A DNA stretch of 64,000 nucleotides from Malacoraja senta (lineage: Eukaryota): NCBI GenBank assembly GCA_038087875.1, contig CM075987.1, positions 18,414,001 through 18,478,000 on the forward strand, given 5' to 3'. Below are positions 52,101 to 63,585 of the stretch, piece after piece; within the stretch, counting starts at the first letter, position 1, and the number at the start of each line of letters is the position of its first letter. The notes below the pieces were generated by a model that saw only the letters and a program-made list of their open reading frames with translations, did not search any database and was not told the DNA's origin. A program made the position numbers and the translations under genes.

Positions 52101-55100
52101 AATTAGCTTAAAAGATTAAAAGTCGTATTGATGTTGTTTATTTTGCAGATTATTTCTGGTATTTATTCTGTTCAAGGAATAGTTTATGTACACTATTGTT
52201 TTCTACAACATCTTCAATTTTGTGTATTCCATTAACTATTTCCGACCGAAGTGTCATGACGTAACAAGTGCAAGAAAACATCAAGTGAAAAAGTCTAGAT
52301 AAAAATGAAAGTTGTTTCAGGTAGCCAAAGATCGACACAAAAAGCTAGAGTAACTCAGCGGGACAGGCAGCATCTCTGGAGAGAAGGAATGGGTGACCTT
52401 TCAATAGACAATAGACAACAGGTGCAGGAGTAGGCCATTTGGCCCTTCGAGCCAGCACCGCCATTCAATGTGATCATGGCTGATCATCCACAATCAGTAC
52501 CCCATTCCTGCCTTCTCCCCATATCCCCTGACTCCGCTATTTTTAAGATCCCTATCTAGCTCTCTCTTGAAAGCATCCAGAGAACCTGCCTCCACCACAC
52601 TCTGAGGCAGAGAATTCCACAGACTCACCACTCTCTTTGAGAAAAAGTGTTTCATCGTCTCCGTTCTAAAGTGCTTACTCCTTATTCTTAAACTGTGGCC
52701 CCTGGTTCTGGACTCCCCCAACATCGGGAAGATGTTTCCTGCCTCTAGTGTGTCCAAGCCCTTAACAATCTAATATGTTTCAATGAGATACCCTCTCATC
52801 CTTCCTCAGCATATGATCTCCATGCTCCATAGTGTACAAGCCCAGCTGCTCCATTCTCTCAGCATATGACAGTCCAGCCATCCCGGGAATTAACCTTGTA
52901 AACCTACGCTGCACTCCCTCAATAGCAAGAAAGTCCTTCCTCAAATTAGGGGACCAAAACTGCACACAATACTCCAGGTATGGTCTCACTAGGGCTCTGT
53001 ACAACTGCAGAAGGACCTTTGCTCCTATATTCGATTCCTCTTGTTATAAAGGCCAACTATTTCGGGACCCTTCTTCAGATTGAAAGTCATGGGAAAGGGA
53101 AACGAGATATATAGAAGATAATGTAGAGAGATAAAGAACAATGAAAGAAAGATATGCAAAAAAAGAAACGATGATAAAGGAAACAGGCTGTTTGTTGGGT
53201 GAAAATAAGAAGCTGGTACGACCTGGGTGGGGGAGGGATTGAGAGGGAATGTTGGGGTTGCTTGAAGTTAGAGAAATCAATCTTCATACCACTGGGCTGC
53301 AAGCTGCCCAAGCGAAACATGAGATGCTATTCCTCCATTTCGCATTTAGCCTCACTCTGACAATGGAGGAGACCTAGGACAGAAAGGTCAGTGTGGGAAT
53401 GGGAAGGAGAATTAAATTAAAATGGGAAAAGAATTAAAGCAGCCAGGAGACCAGGTAGCCAAAGTTGCCTGAACATGTAAATCACTTCATTCATCTTTTG
53501 TGTATTTAACACAACAGGCTCCCTGAAATGTTGACTTATGGGCCTGTCCCACTTAGGCGATTTTTTAGGTGACTGCCAAGTTGCCGGTTGTCGCCTGAAA
53601 ATCCGGCAACTGGAACGGCGACTGTCAGTGGAACGCACACGAACACACACACACGCATCGCAGGCGGGGGACAGGGCAAACGGGGGGGGGGGGGGGGGCG
53701 CTGTCTGAAATTCACATGGTGCAAAGCACACACCGCGATGAACAGGAAGGTTGCGCTGTAATTAAGACGGCTAAAGCATAGTGTATGGGAAGTGCTTTAA
53801 AAGAGGGAAGGGGGAGTGGGGAGAAGGAGTGGAGACAACTTTTAAGAAGCCAGACAACTTTTAAGAGGCCAGAGATACACGGCTGTGAAGCTCGGTGGAC
53901 ATTTAACATTACCTGTCGGTTATCCTTGGTTTTGAAAACTACTGCTTACATTTTTTTTCGCAATGAGCCAATGAAATTCACCAGTCAGCACCGGCTCTGA
54001 CCTACGAGAACCTCCAAGAACCTTCGACCTCCTGGCGACCCACCTACAGCACGAGAATTCTCGCTACTCTCCATGGCGGCTTCATTCTAGTCGCCACTAA
54101 TTTTTCAACATGTTGAAAAATTCGCGGCTAGTTCCCAGAATGCGGGAACTCCTCACGACCATGAAGGCGACTCCCAGGGCAACCACCCGCGAACATGTGG
54201 CGACCATGTGGCAACTGCATAGTCCCTTGCAGTCGCCTAAAAAGTCGCTTAAGTGGGACAGGCCCCCAAGATTCCAATACCTGATTGATAATTTAAAAAA
54301 CAAAATTAGGCTTTGGAACCCCAGGGACTAAGTCAGCATTTTAGGGTGCCTGATGTGTTGAATACATAACAAATGAATGAAGTGATTAACTTGTTCAAGC
54401 AGTTTTGGCTACCTGGAGTTACCTGAAATAACCTTCAATTTTTCACTTGATGTTTTCCTGTACTTTACATCATGGCATTTCAGCTAAAATTTAAGGTGTA
54501 GAAAATGATAAGTGTATTGCTGAAACAGAATAAATGCCAGAACTAGTGATCTGAAAAATAGTCAGCAGCAAAATTGCTTTCAATCCGATAACTCTTCAGT
54601 TCTGAACGTGCATCATATTATACATTGGATAAATGCACAACAGCATTAAATACAAATATGTACAAAAATCAGATGTTTTCAATATTTGATTTACGATAAT
54701 ATGTAAAATTAAATCTACGTTTACATGCAATAGCAGAAAACGATAAGCATAATGCATAATTTTAGTCATAAATACCTTCTAATTTCATGAGCTCTGGGCA
54801 ATAATAGTGAATAATTGCCAGAAGTGAACAGCCATCGCAAGCATCCCTCATTAGGTCCTCCATTAAAGGGAAAAATGGTAACTGCTTATTCAAGGGATGA
54901 TCTCGCCGATAACGGACCTAACACAAAAGTAGTCAAGATTATGTTCGTGCTTGAAGTTAACTGGTACTCCATTCTGTTTCTTCCTCAAGAAATAACTACA
55001 TTGCAAGGTCCAAATGACATTCTGCTCTGGATACCCTTTCACTGGTCTCATGTTTATTTTTAGATAGATTATCAAAGTGAAAATTTTCACAAGGACTTGT

Positions 55101-58100
55101 AATAAAGTAAAAAAAGATATTAAATCTAACATTCTTACAAGTCAAATGAATTTGATTTTGTGGGATGGATAGTGGATCCCTGTTGGAAGCAAAATGAAAT
55201 CAGCAAAGCAGCAAGTTGCCACTATTGACTCCTGTGTTATTTCCCCCCTAAGAGGCAGGTATGCACTGCTTTATTTAGGAATAAAAGTTTAAACTAAAAT
55301 ATCAAAATATTTAAAGTACAATACTATACCAGCCTGAAAGAGACAGAACCAGTTTGCACTTTTAAGTTTTCTGTCGCATTAACGTGCTGGTAATGCTCTG
55401 TTGTTACAATCTTTACCAGCAAGGATACAAATCTTAGATTTGTGGAAAGATACAGCTAGGAAACAGTCCAGTAACCATGAACCACCTATTTACACTAATC
55501 CAACATTAATTCATTTTTTAATTCTCCTCACATTCTCAGCAACCCCTCCAGATTCTATCAATCACTCACTTTACACACCTAGGGCAAATTACTGGCCAAT
55601 TAATCTACCAACCTGCTAACTCCACACAGATAAGCACCCAAAGTTGAGATTGAATACAGGTCCCTGTCGCCATGAGGCAGCAGCTCTGCTCCCTGTGCCA
55701 CGATATTGCTTGGTGAGCTGCAAATATTTCCTCAGCTTCGTTCCCACAAAATACATTAGGCCAATTTATGTGCGTTGGTGATATTTTTACATTGGAAGTA
55801 TTCATCTCTTTTTTGGAAGTTGTAGAATTTGTTAGTGCCAACCTTACAATATTAATAAATGTTATTAATTTTTTTCTGAAGAATAACAATAATAATATTA
55901 ATAAAACTGGGACTTATTGTGCAAGCTAAGTTGGGTCTTTATTATTTTCAGATATTATGTAATCAAGCTCACAAATGCATGTTAACCTAGACTTGGCACC
56001 CACACATTCTATACTTGGCATTTCCATTAATTCCCTTTTAACAAAATAGTGAAATACTATTCAATGACAACGAATGTCTAGGAGTGGCTGGTATACCAAA
56101 GTGCAATTTAGAAAATAGCAGTTTTTTGATAGCCTCAGATTAAAAAAAACAAATTTGAATCTCTCCAAGTTGGGGCACATCACCCAAGTCTTACATTTCA
56201 GTACTGCACTGAGGCAGACATATAAAAGCTCTCTGAAATTGAAGGGCAACAAGTGCCCTGTCACATACTCTTCAGATTCCAGTCTGCATGGAAATTTCTG
56301 AAATAATACATACAGAAATGCAAGTTGGTGTTACTGCAGAATTAATCTAGATTCGGGGGAAACAATTTTGTAATAAACTATTTTTACGGTTACGCCCAAT
56401 CAAGTACATTGGCCACCTATGTTATACTTCAAGTGCATTAAAGTATAACACTTTACTGATGAAACAAGTAACATGCACAAGTACAATAGTTGTGTACTAT
56501 ATCTGCAACCACGCAATAGTTTCCTCATTATCCCTCTACATTATAAGATTCTAAAAGTCTGAGTGCAATTCTAAGCCTAAGGGTACAAAGGAGTGATGGT
56601 TCCAAAAATAAGTTTAAAAGTAATTTAATTGTTTTTTAAAGCACAACACAACAATAGCAATTTTAATCAAAAACAAGAAAAAAATGAAAGGGATTTTATG
56701 TGGGATTACTACATCAAATTTCAAAAGCATTTTTAAAAAATCATTTGCTCTTGAATGCAAAATAAATTGAAACAATGATCAAATTTCATACATTTTTTTA
56801 AATGTTATTTAAGCAACAGATGTCAACATCATTAGCCTGGAGGAAATGTAAACTGTGCAAAGATTACTATCAATCTGATGTGAACTTTGTCTGCTTCACT
56901 TAATGTGTTGTTATACATGCAAGTATAAATTTATCCATCCTGGCTCGATGGATACTCATCAGTGCTAATGCGATTTTCAACCATATTTCAAATAAATACT
57001 CAAGATTACAAATCTAAGTGCCTACCAAAGATAGCAATGTATTTTTATTTATATTTAGCCAAGTCACATATCATTATATTGGAGATTATAATTTAGATTA
57101 AGCATTTGATGCGATTAAACAGCGCATTCTGCTGTTGATGCCATAGTTGACTCGTTAGAATATGTTAGAGTACATATGCAAACTGCATGAATCAAAGCTG
57201 AGCAAGTAGATGCCGAAGTCAGTAAACTGGCTCAAAAATTGTTTCTAATGACATGTGGAGGTGATTTTATTAAATCACATTCCATTGTGTCTGAAAAATA
57301 TACATTTATGCAAACATGTCCTTTTAAAGGCAGAGATGAATAAACTAACTAATCATTTACATATATCCATTTTAAGGTTTATTTCAATGCCTCAATTAAA
57401 TAGTGCTAGAACATTAGAATTGCTTGCTCTAACTTGGCTTGCTCTCTTTGATGAAAAAGAATGGGTTATTAACAAAACCTACAATTATTATTTTAAACCC
57501 ACAGTGACAAATTAGAGCTTCAATTACTGATAATAGGGAAACTGGATGGTTTTAATGAATTGTGAATTAAAGAATAGTAATAACAGCACTTTCCCATCTC
57601 CACAATTATTTTTCAGAAACGAAAAACATTAATTCATTCAACTCACTGTGCATTACTGTTATACATTGACTAGCACTCTACACACTCTTCATTTAAAGAT
57701 ATGAAGCTTACTGTATGACCCGAGCAAAGTCTTTTGGTTCCAAAATGCATTGGGCTATGGCATGCATCAGATCAGACTAACAAGACAGGAAAAATGCAAG
57801 GCATGCAGAAAACAGTATGCTCGTTTCAACTCAGGACCTGTCAAAGATCCTCATGCTTACTCAGACTTAACCATTTGGTGGATAAATTGAGAAATAGGTC
57901 CTGGGTGCGGTCTTGAAGTGAACTGACATTAGCTGACGGCCACAAGAAGACAGAGGATAAGTTTGGAACAGAGAATATGGACATTAACATTGATTCGGCA
58001 AGTTCCGGGTTTTAAGAAAAAACGATCACTTTTAGTAAATGCAGTATATTCACTAGGAACACTCTCCATTTTGGGAATTTTATATCATATCTGCTGCTTT

Positions 58101-59649
58101 TATTTGGAAAATACCACACTACAGCCCCCCATGAATTTGCAGCCAAAAAACACAGCAAACTCTAGGTAAACCGTTTTAAAAAAAAAACAAGTACATTTTT
58201 GATGAAAGTCTGGGCCAATGGTGCAGTTTGGAATAAATTTTGAGGGTTTTTGACAGTCCCTAGGAGTTTCCTGCTGAAACAAATAATTCCACATCCACAA
58301 AAGTGATGAAAAATACTGCTGAATAAGAGGATTAATGCATGTGCATATCTGACAAAAAAAATGATCTGGCTCAGTAACATTCAGTGCCTGCAGTCAGAAA
58401 ACACACTTGACAATGAATCTACTGAATATTCTCGTAGATTCTCAATGCTTCATTTGTAAATTCAATGTTCTCAGTGGTAAGGTTAAAACAAATTTTAGTC
58501 CAAGAATAATTTTACAAACCATATTCAAAGCATTAAATACAGTATTCTTAATCATACGTGTTAAAAGAGAACATTGTATTTTCCAAATAAACACTTTTGA
58601 AAGCAGTGATGTTCTCTGGAATTATTGCATTTTCAGCAATAAATAACAAACCACCTTCCAACCAAGGAATCTAGTCATCAGAATTACCACTCAAATACAC
58701 TGAATGGTATGAAGTTGCTATACTATCTGAATTCAATTAAATCGATAGAAAGAGGGAATTTCCACTAAATTGAGCACCAGCTATGGAAAATTGGTAGCAT
58801 TCAAACACTTAATTGCAGCAGCAAGAATTTCATTGTTCCATTGCGGGTACATATAAAATTAAACATGCTTGACTCTTTCCGACGAGAGACCAGAGACTAA
58901 ATCTACTTTGTCATTCTAGCACAACACTCGGAAACTGTTGCAGTGTTAGAATGGAATGTACGGCATTATTTTAATTGGAGAGGTTTTGATCCCCAATGAT
59001 CAATTATCTGAGCATTATTATATGGCAGTTGTGTGAGAAGTTGTTCATAACTTTCTACATTACAAGCAATTATACTTTTCAAAAGCATACATTATTGACT
59101 ACAGTATTTTGTAATATCCTGAAATGGAAGTGAAGCTGCTACAAAACAACGCAGGCCTTTCTGCCTGGTTTAACTATCCATTTTAATAGTATGGTAAATA
59201 ACAACAGTAAAACTACCTCCCTTATGCCAAAAAAATAGCCTTTGCATGTGTGCAATTACATTACTTCCAAAGTTACTCTTGCAGATTTTCAAAAACAAAC
59301 AGAATGGCCTTTTGCATTTTAAGAACAATCACCTTTCCTTCAATATTTCACAACATGCAACTGATTTAATATTGAATTTAATACTGATAAGAGTCTGGAA
59401 TATCTGGAAAGAGGTGAAACAATTACCTACTGACTACATTAAAATGTGGAATCTGTTCTTGAGGCAGGAAGTTTTTAAACAATCGAATGCTCGTACAAAA
59501 GTAGATTTATACAGTAATTCCAATAGATACCAGAAAGTGTTTGTTGTTTATTGCTGTTATTAGGGGAGGAATAAATTATGACTGAAATATAAATAGAAAC
59601 TTAATGGCTCACTTACAGGCACCAGTTTCCAATACCATTTTGAAGGAGA
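36880..59649 (-). CDS. CAMSAP1: Calmodulin-regulated spectrin-associated protein 1 (5'-partial; CH domain to CKK domain and stop)
   Basis: 13 phase-consistent GT-AG exons plus alternative microexon(s). Diagnostic peptides: VRYRRDH..EDLMRDACDGCSLLAIIHYYCPE, SQPTPFALH, MTSFAERKLQRLNS, LASELVQLHMQLEEKRR, and CKK domain GPKLFKEPSSKSNKPIIHNAISHCCLAGKVNE..SVDAITIHNHLWQ. Confidence 0.95.
38681..38799 (-). CDS. CAMSAP1: CAMSAP1 exon (CKK domain start, 119 nt)
   Basis: PKLFKEPSSKSNKPIIHNAISHCCLAGKVNEPQKNSILE. Confidence 0.95.
38891..39006 (-). CDS. CAMSAP1: CAMSAP1 exon (116 nt)
   Basis: TDSMETFSVLSRNQSRSTERDWENASTASSIASVAEYT. Confidence 0.93.
39343..39460 (-). CDS. CAMSAP1: CAMSAP1 exon (118 nt)
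   Basis: DNLSNTQFGSSLSLASAATTEAESVNSAGGSGSGGYSQ. Confidence 0.92.
40276..40484 (-). CDS. CAMSAP1: CAMSAP1 exon (209 nt)
   Basis: RKAEEDRIRKEEEKARRELIKQEYLKRKQQQILEEQGLGKPK..RPKSVHREES. Confidence 0.94.
40520..40900 (+). mobile_element. Decayed CR1 fragment
   Basis: CR1-type RT C-terminal sequence (GGAATGCTGAGGGATGAGCTGATA..AAAACAAGAGGCCACAGGTTTAA). Confidence 0.6.
41611..41747 (-). CDS. CAMSAP1: CAMSAP1 exon (CC3, 137 nt)
   Basis: DDQKAEDELAKRRAAFLLKQQRKTEEARLRRQQLDAEIEQKRDEA. Confidence 0.94.
42963..45519 (-). CDS. CAMSAP1: CAMSAP1 large central exon (2557 nt; coiled coils CC1/CC2)
   Basis: Essentially the 885-aa ORF 42858..45515. Starts PLSQPTPFALH and ends GLNFFFK|GT. Confidence 0.96.
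45760..46518. mobile_element. Non-autonomous DNA transposon (hAT-like) with 7-bp TSD
   Basis: TIRs TAGGTATGTTACAA / TTGTAACATTGCTA; direct repeat CTTATTA at 45753-45759 and 46519-46525. Confidence 0.75.
47080..47413 (+). mobile_element. CR1 3' fragment
   Basis: Same family as 21819-22205 in the opposite orientation. Confidence 0.82.
48048..48132 (-). CDS. CAMSAP1: CAMSAP1 exon (85 nt)
   Basis: TRHRSNSLTRVDGQPRGSILAWQERKP; AG/GT borders. Confidence 0.92.
50037..50264. mobile_element. Harbinger-like MITE remnant forming a hairpin
   Basis: Near-perfect inverted repeat of about 65 bp (50037-50103 vs 50158-50224); shares TTCAACATGTTGAA and its terminus with 53540-54265. Confidence 0.7.
50474..50565 (-). 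CDS. CAMSAP1: CAMSAP1 exon (92 nt)
   Basis: KGSPAFSPSHPLLPLRQRQHKSPLPNEDSP; AG/GT borders. Confidence 0.9.
50826..50997 (-). CDS. CAMSAP1: CAMSAP1 exon (172 nt; alternative donor at 50853)
   Basis: KMLLQQKNSRPPLPISNATKRSF..TRYCLHPEEF; donor GT|GTAAGT. Confidence 0.88.
51245..51341 (-). CDS. CAMSAP1: CAMSAP1 exon (97 nt)
   Basis: PNIMVFIAELFWWFEVVKPDFVQPREVQEIKD; AG/GT borders. Confidence 0.93.
51839..51978 (-). CDS. CAMSAP1: CAMSAP1 exon (CH domain, 140 nt)
   Basis: DICLKEVTSIADSLYNIQLLIDFSNHYLNRSFYLTLEDMLYGPLVLK; AG/GT borders. Confidence 0.93.
52327..53416 (-). mobile_element. Penelope-like 3' fragment split by a CR1 insertion
   Basis: The terminal repeat at 52327-52402 resumes at about 53060; GIY-YIG tail FRLGSLQPSGMKIDFSNFK in ORF 53087..53320. 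Confidence 0.8.
52403..53058 (-). mobile_element. Young CR1 LINE 3' fragment
   Basis: ORFs 52780..53004 (YRALVRPYLEYCVQFWSP) and 52494..52757; AATAGAC repeat tail. Confidence 0.92.
53451..54416. mobile_element. Older MITE with ~88-bp inverted arms, hosting a nested insertion
   Basis: 53451-53538 is the diverged reverse complement of 54329-54416 (CCAGGTAGCCAAA...GACTTA). Confidence 0.7.
53540..54265. mobile_element. PIF/Harbinger-type non-autonomous transposon
   Basis: TIR GGGCCTGTCCCACTTAGGCGA / TCGCTTAAGTGGGACAGGCCC; left flank TTA-rich; right TSD not preserved. Confidence 0.8.
54776..54917 (-). CDS. CAMSAP1: CAMSAP1 exon (CH domain, 142 nt)
   Basis: VRYRRDHPLNKQLPFFPLMEDLMRDACDGCSLLAIIHYYCPELMKLE; AG/GT borders. 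Confidence 0.93.
57720..57776 (-). CDS. CAMSAP1: Candidate CAMSAP1 cassette exon (SDLMHAIAQCILEPKDFAR)
   Basis: Strong acceptor TTTTTCCTGTCTTGTTAG| and an open phase-0 frame. The donor is ambiguous: CGG|GTCATA (in frame) or CA|GTAAGC at 57712 (frameshifting). Confidence 0.55.
59617..59649 (-). CDS. CAMSAP1: CAMSAP1 33-nt alternative microexon (SPSKWYWKLVP)
   Basis: Branch point CTAAC, acceptor TTTTTGGGCAG|, donor |GTAAGT, phase 0-0. I recall WYWKLVP as a CAMSAP isoform insert. Confidence 0.85.
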
Positions 59650-62600
59650 CTGCCCAAAAAGCATGGAAAGGAGTTAGAATTCAAGCACAGAAAGGGTAAG
59701 GAGCAAAGCTTGTTAGAACATTACACACAGACCGTCATAAAATACTTCAAATCAGACAGCTAATCCCAATCGATTTCCAATCAACATATTAAAACAGTAT
59801 TACCGTCCTAGTTTGTTACATCAGTTTAGTTAAGTTTTACAGAGAATATTTATGTGTGATGTGATGGAGTGGAATGCATGAGGAAGAAAAGGCTTCATGG
59901 ATCCAGTTGGACCGAGTTAATTATTTTAAATACAGATTAAATATAAAACGCTTACAGAACTAAAATAGAGCAGCATTATTAAATTAAATAATTTAAAGTG
60001 TGGAAGATGGCTAGAATAGCATATGACACTTATCCTAAACCCAACTTAAACCAACATTTAAAAGATTTGTGTAACAAATTTTGCGTAGTAATATTTGCTG
60101 GTAAATATTTCCCTTTTGATTACAGTCATTACATAATTCATATTAATTTGCTCCTTGTGCAACCGATGTTCAATTAAAACAATCAAATACTCATGGAGGT
60201 ACAACATCAAATAGAAAGAACTTCCTCAATGACAGCACAATTTTATTTATCAATGCTGTACCATTTTGTGTAAATGCAGCACTGTTTACAATTGTACCTA
60301 AATACCAAATTATATAGAGGCCACAAATGCAGAAGTGGGTCAAGATAATTTCCCATATCATTTACTAAATCAGCTTTTAGTCTCTGGTGTGATTCTGTGA
60401 AGCAAAGTTGAACAGAATTGTAAGTACCACGCCATGAGAATGAGTATCAAAGTCAGTGGGAGTGCTGCTAACAATCAACTTAAGATATTTTTCATCCAAA
60501 ATGTTTGCCATCGAAATGGAATGTCAGTTTACTTTCTTTCCCATTCAGTTTCATAAACTGGTCAATTTAATCCTTCCAACTGCTGCTTCAAACATATATT
60601 ACACTAGAATATGGCAATGAAATAAATGTCATTTGAGAATGTCTTCTGATATCAAAAAATTGTTTTTTTACAATTGCACATTTGATGCTAATTACTAATA
60701 TGATAGTTCAAAACCAAGCTAAAAGAATTGCAAAATATATAAACGGGGGAAAATATATAATAATAGCACTGCAAAGTACATTTCTGTCAAACAAATCTGA
60801 ACTGACTCAGGTCAAACTGCAATTCACCTCTCCCTTCCTGGGATGTTGCTGAAAGGTGGTATTAAGTAGCTGCTCAAGAAAACAATTTGTTTAGAATAGG
60901 TAAAATACATGACTGTGTACATCAGGCAGTCCACAAGAATAAGAAACCAGTCTATAAAGATTCAAAACTGACGAAGCCTACACATCTGAATTGTCATAAC
61001 TTGCTACCCATTTCACTGACAGCGAGTACCCAACAATGTATTTTGAACATTTTATTTAATCATTTTAAATTTATGATGCATGGCTGGAGAAGGTGGCAGA
61101 TGGTTTGGGCAGTTTGTGATGTAGTGCACTTTTTCCTTAGCCTTCTCACGGCTTCTGTCTGCTTCTAAATCACAGATTTCTAGCTTTTATTTAAAAAAAA
61201 GGAAAATATGAGACAGGCTCCATAATCATGCCAGCTTGGTGCAAGACGACCTTTATACATTCTGAGATGGCTGACAAGGCCAATGAGGGAACTGCAGACT
61301 CTTGCACAGTTGGAGCAGAAGGTGGCAGTTGACATCATCAACAGAGCAACTGAGGCCTCAGTGCCGAGGATGCGGATGTTTGTTTGCTTATCATTGCAGT
61401 GAACTTGGGGGACTCTGTGGGTGACATTTTTCTAGTGCCATAATATGCCTGCTGTAGGCAGTCCAGGTGTCAGAGACTAACAGAACAGGAATTACTGCTA
61501 CCACGAGTTGTGCAACAGGTCTAAAGTCGAAATTCAATTACTCTTTCTCTCTCTTAACCCAGGACTGAGCTGGAGCATTTAAAGGCTATGTTGAATTTCA
61601 TGAATGTCTATCTTTGCTAAGGATTGACTCCAAAAATATAAGAGTGATCCATGTTTTCCAGGGTCTCATCATTCATTCCTATTGTCAGGAAACATTGTTG
61701 CGCAGTGGGACTTTTAGACTCTTGTGGGCTTTGAATGCAAGGTCGATGTACTTTAGCAAAAAAGTAAATAATCTTCTAATTCAGCCACCAAGCATACACA
61801 AACGCAGTAATCATCTGCATACTGTAGTTCCACTACCAAGTATCAGTGTAGGTGCCGTAGACTGAACAGTTTCCCACAATAGCATTTCCTGTACAAAGCG
61901 GCCAGCCATAAAGGCAATGCTGGACCATTGCCTCAAGGTGGCACCAAATGCCTAGTTTATCCTATCAACCACTAAATCTGTGCTTATGTACTTTAGAAAT
62001 TGTCTGCATTTTCCTCCACGTGGTTCAAATAATTCTGACATATGTACTTTTCTCTTTTCCACTATGCCTGATATTCAGACTATGCCTGATATCCAGACTT
62101 TTGTTTTAAATATTATAACAATTCACTTGTACAGTTATACAATTTTTCTGCCCCCAAATCACTGTCCAATTCTTAGTATTTGTTTGTTCCACTGATAAAT
62201 AATGTGTTGCTTTCAATAAGCAAAACCTGGTGACCATAGTCTGTTTGCCATCTGTAGCTTGAGCCTTTCCCTAGTTCCACATTGGACCCCTTCTCCAGTC
62301 TGTTTTAACATTACAGACTTTCTTTCTTCATCTGAGCAGTTTTGCAATTATTTGAGTTTACTAGCTTCTTTTCTTCATGTTAAGACTTCAAATGTCTGAT
62401 TCTTAACCTATTGTATTTAATTGTTCATTCCTTCAGCTTCAATGATTCAGCCTTCAGTCCCAGGGCACTATTTTGCATTATTAAACATTAAAAAGACGGA
62501 ACGAAATAGGAGAGGGCACAACATATCCTTCAGTCCTTTAAACTAAAAAATCATCCTGCTGTTGGTAGGTTATATATTTGGTCAATACTTTGGCCACTAT

Positions 62601-62707
62601 AATGAACCATTATATTGTCCTGTCCAGCTTCTTCAAACAAAATTAGTTAATGGATGCACCAAATTTCAAACCTGTTGCACTGTTTATTGTTTGTACCACT
62701 TCTGATA

Positions 62708-62808
62708 CACTGTGCCCTCCATAATGTTTGGGACAAAGACCCATTATTTATTTATTTGCCTCTTGTACTCCACAGTTTGAGATTTATAGTAGAAAAAAAA
62801 AATCACAG
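62708..62808 (+). mobile_element. Solo left TIR of the Tc1 family at 33740
   Basis: Closely matches 33740-33840 (GTGCCCTCCATAATGTTTGGGACAAAGACCCA). Confidence 0.85.
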
Positions 62809-62818
62809 ATTAATAAAG

Positions 62819-63330
62819 CAGGGCTCGAAATTAACGGTTGCCTGGGTGCCAATGGCGACCTAAAGTCCCGCTGGGCAACCTATAAGCCGTGCCATTTTGC
62901 CCGGCTTGGCAAGCACCCAGGACACGTATCGTTCAACTCTGAGCGGGGGCCCCCCTCTCTATCTCTCTCTCTGTCACTCTACGTCTCCGACCGCCATCCC
63001 ATATCCGTGTCCGGGCTACCGGTTCTCCGCCCGCTCCTCATCCGCCAGCACGCTTGGCCGCCTTGCACATGCACACTGCCACGGCCTGCACATCCTCCCC
63101 CTGCACATGCGCACAAAAACAGCCAACACATCATCGGCCTTGGTTGTGCGCATGTGCCACCATGCACATGCGCACTGCCACGGCAACTGGTCGGCGCCAG
63201 GCACTTTCTCCCTCCCTTTACATTGTGGGAGATCTGGCCGCCATTGCTGTCCGGTCGCCGCCTCGCAGCGACCGCTGAAAACCAACGCAGAATCACTCCC
63301 TGGAGTAACTCTTGCTTCTTGGTTTCCTGA
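62819..63330 (+). mobile_element. GC-rich DNA-transposon-like element (CAGGG terminus, hAT-like), right end not identified
   Basis: Abrupt start CAGGGCTCGAAATTAACGGTTGCC, CpG-rich interior and internal GCACATGC(A/G)CAC repeats. Confidence 0.5.
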
Positions 63331-63374
63331 TCCTCCAAAAATATTACAAATGGAATTAAAACTGAGTGGACCCT

Positions 63375-63585
63375 CCACCTCCAAACTCCAAACTCTGAAA
63401 AATAACAGCCTATTGCACTTTATCTGTTTATTTATTGTGTATATATATGGTCTATGGTATATAGACACACTGAACTTTTATCTCGTGTTCTGTATTATGT
63501 TTTACATATTCTGTTGTGCTGCAGCAAGCAAGAATTTCATTGTCCTATTTGGACACATGACGATAAAACTCTCTTGACTTGGACT
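63375..63585 (+). mobile_element. LINE 3' UTR remnant (Rex1/Babar-like tail)
   Basis: Ends GCAGCAAG..AAGAATTTCATTGT..ATAAAACTCTCTTGACTTG. Similar tails lie at about 58815-58875 and, reversed, at 63878-63955. Confidence 0.55.

Noticed and set aside
62728-63577. Overlapping 120-226 aa ORFs on both strands
   Set aside because: They come from GC-rich repeat sequence with few stops and cross several TE boundaries; no recognisable domain.
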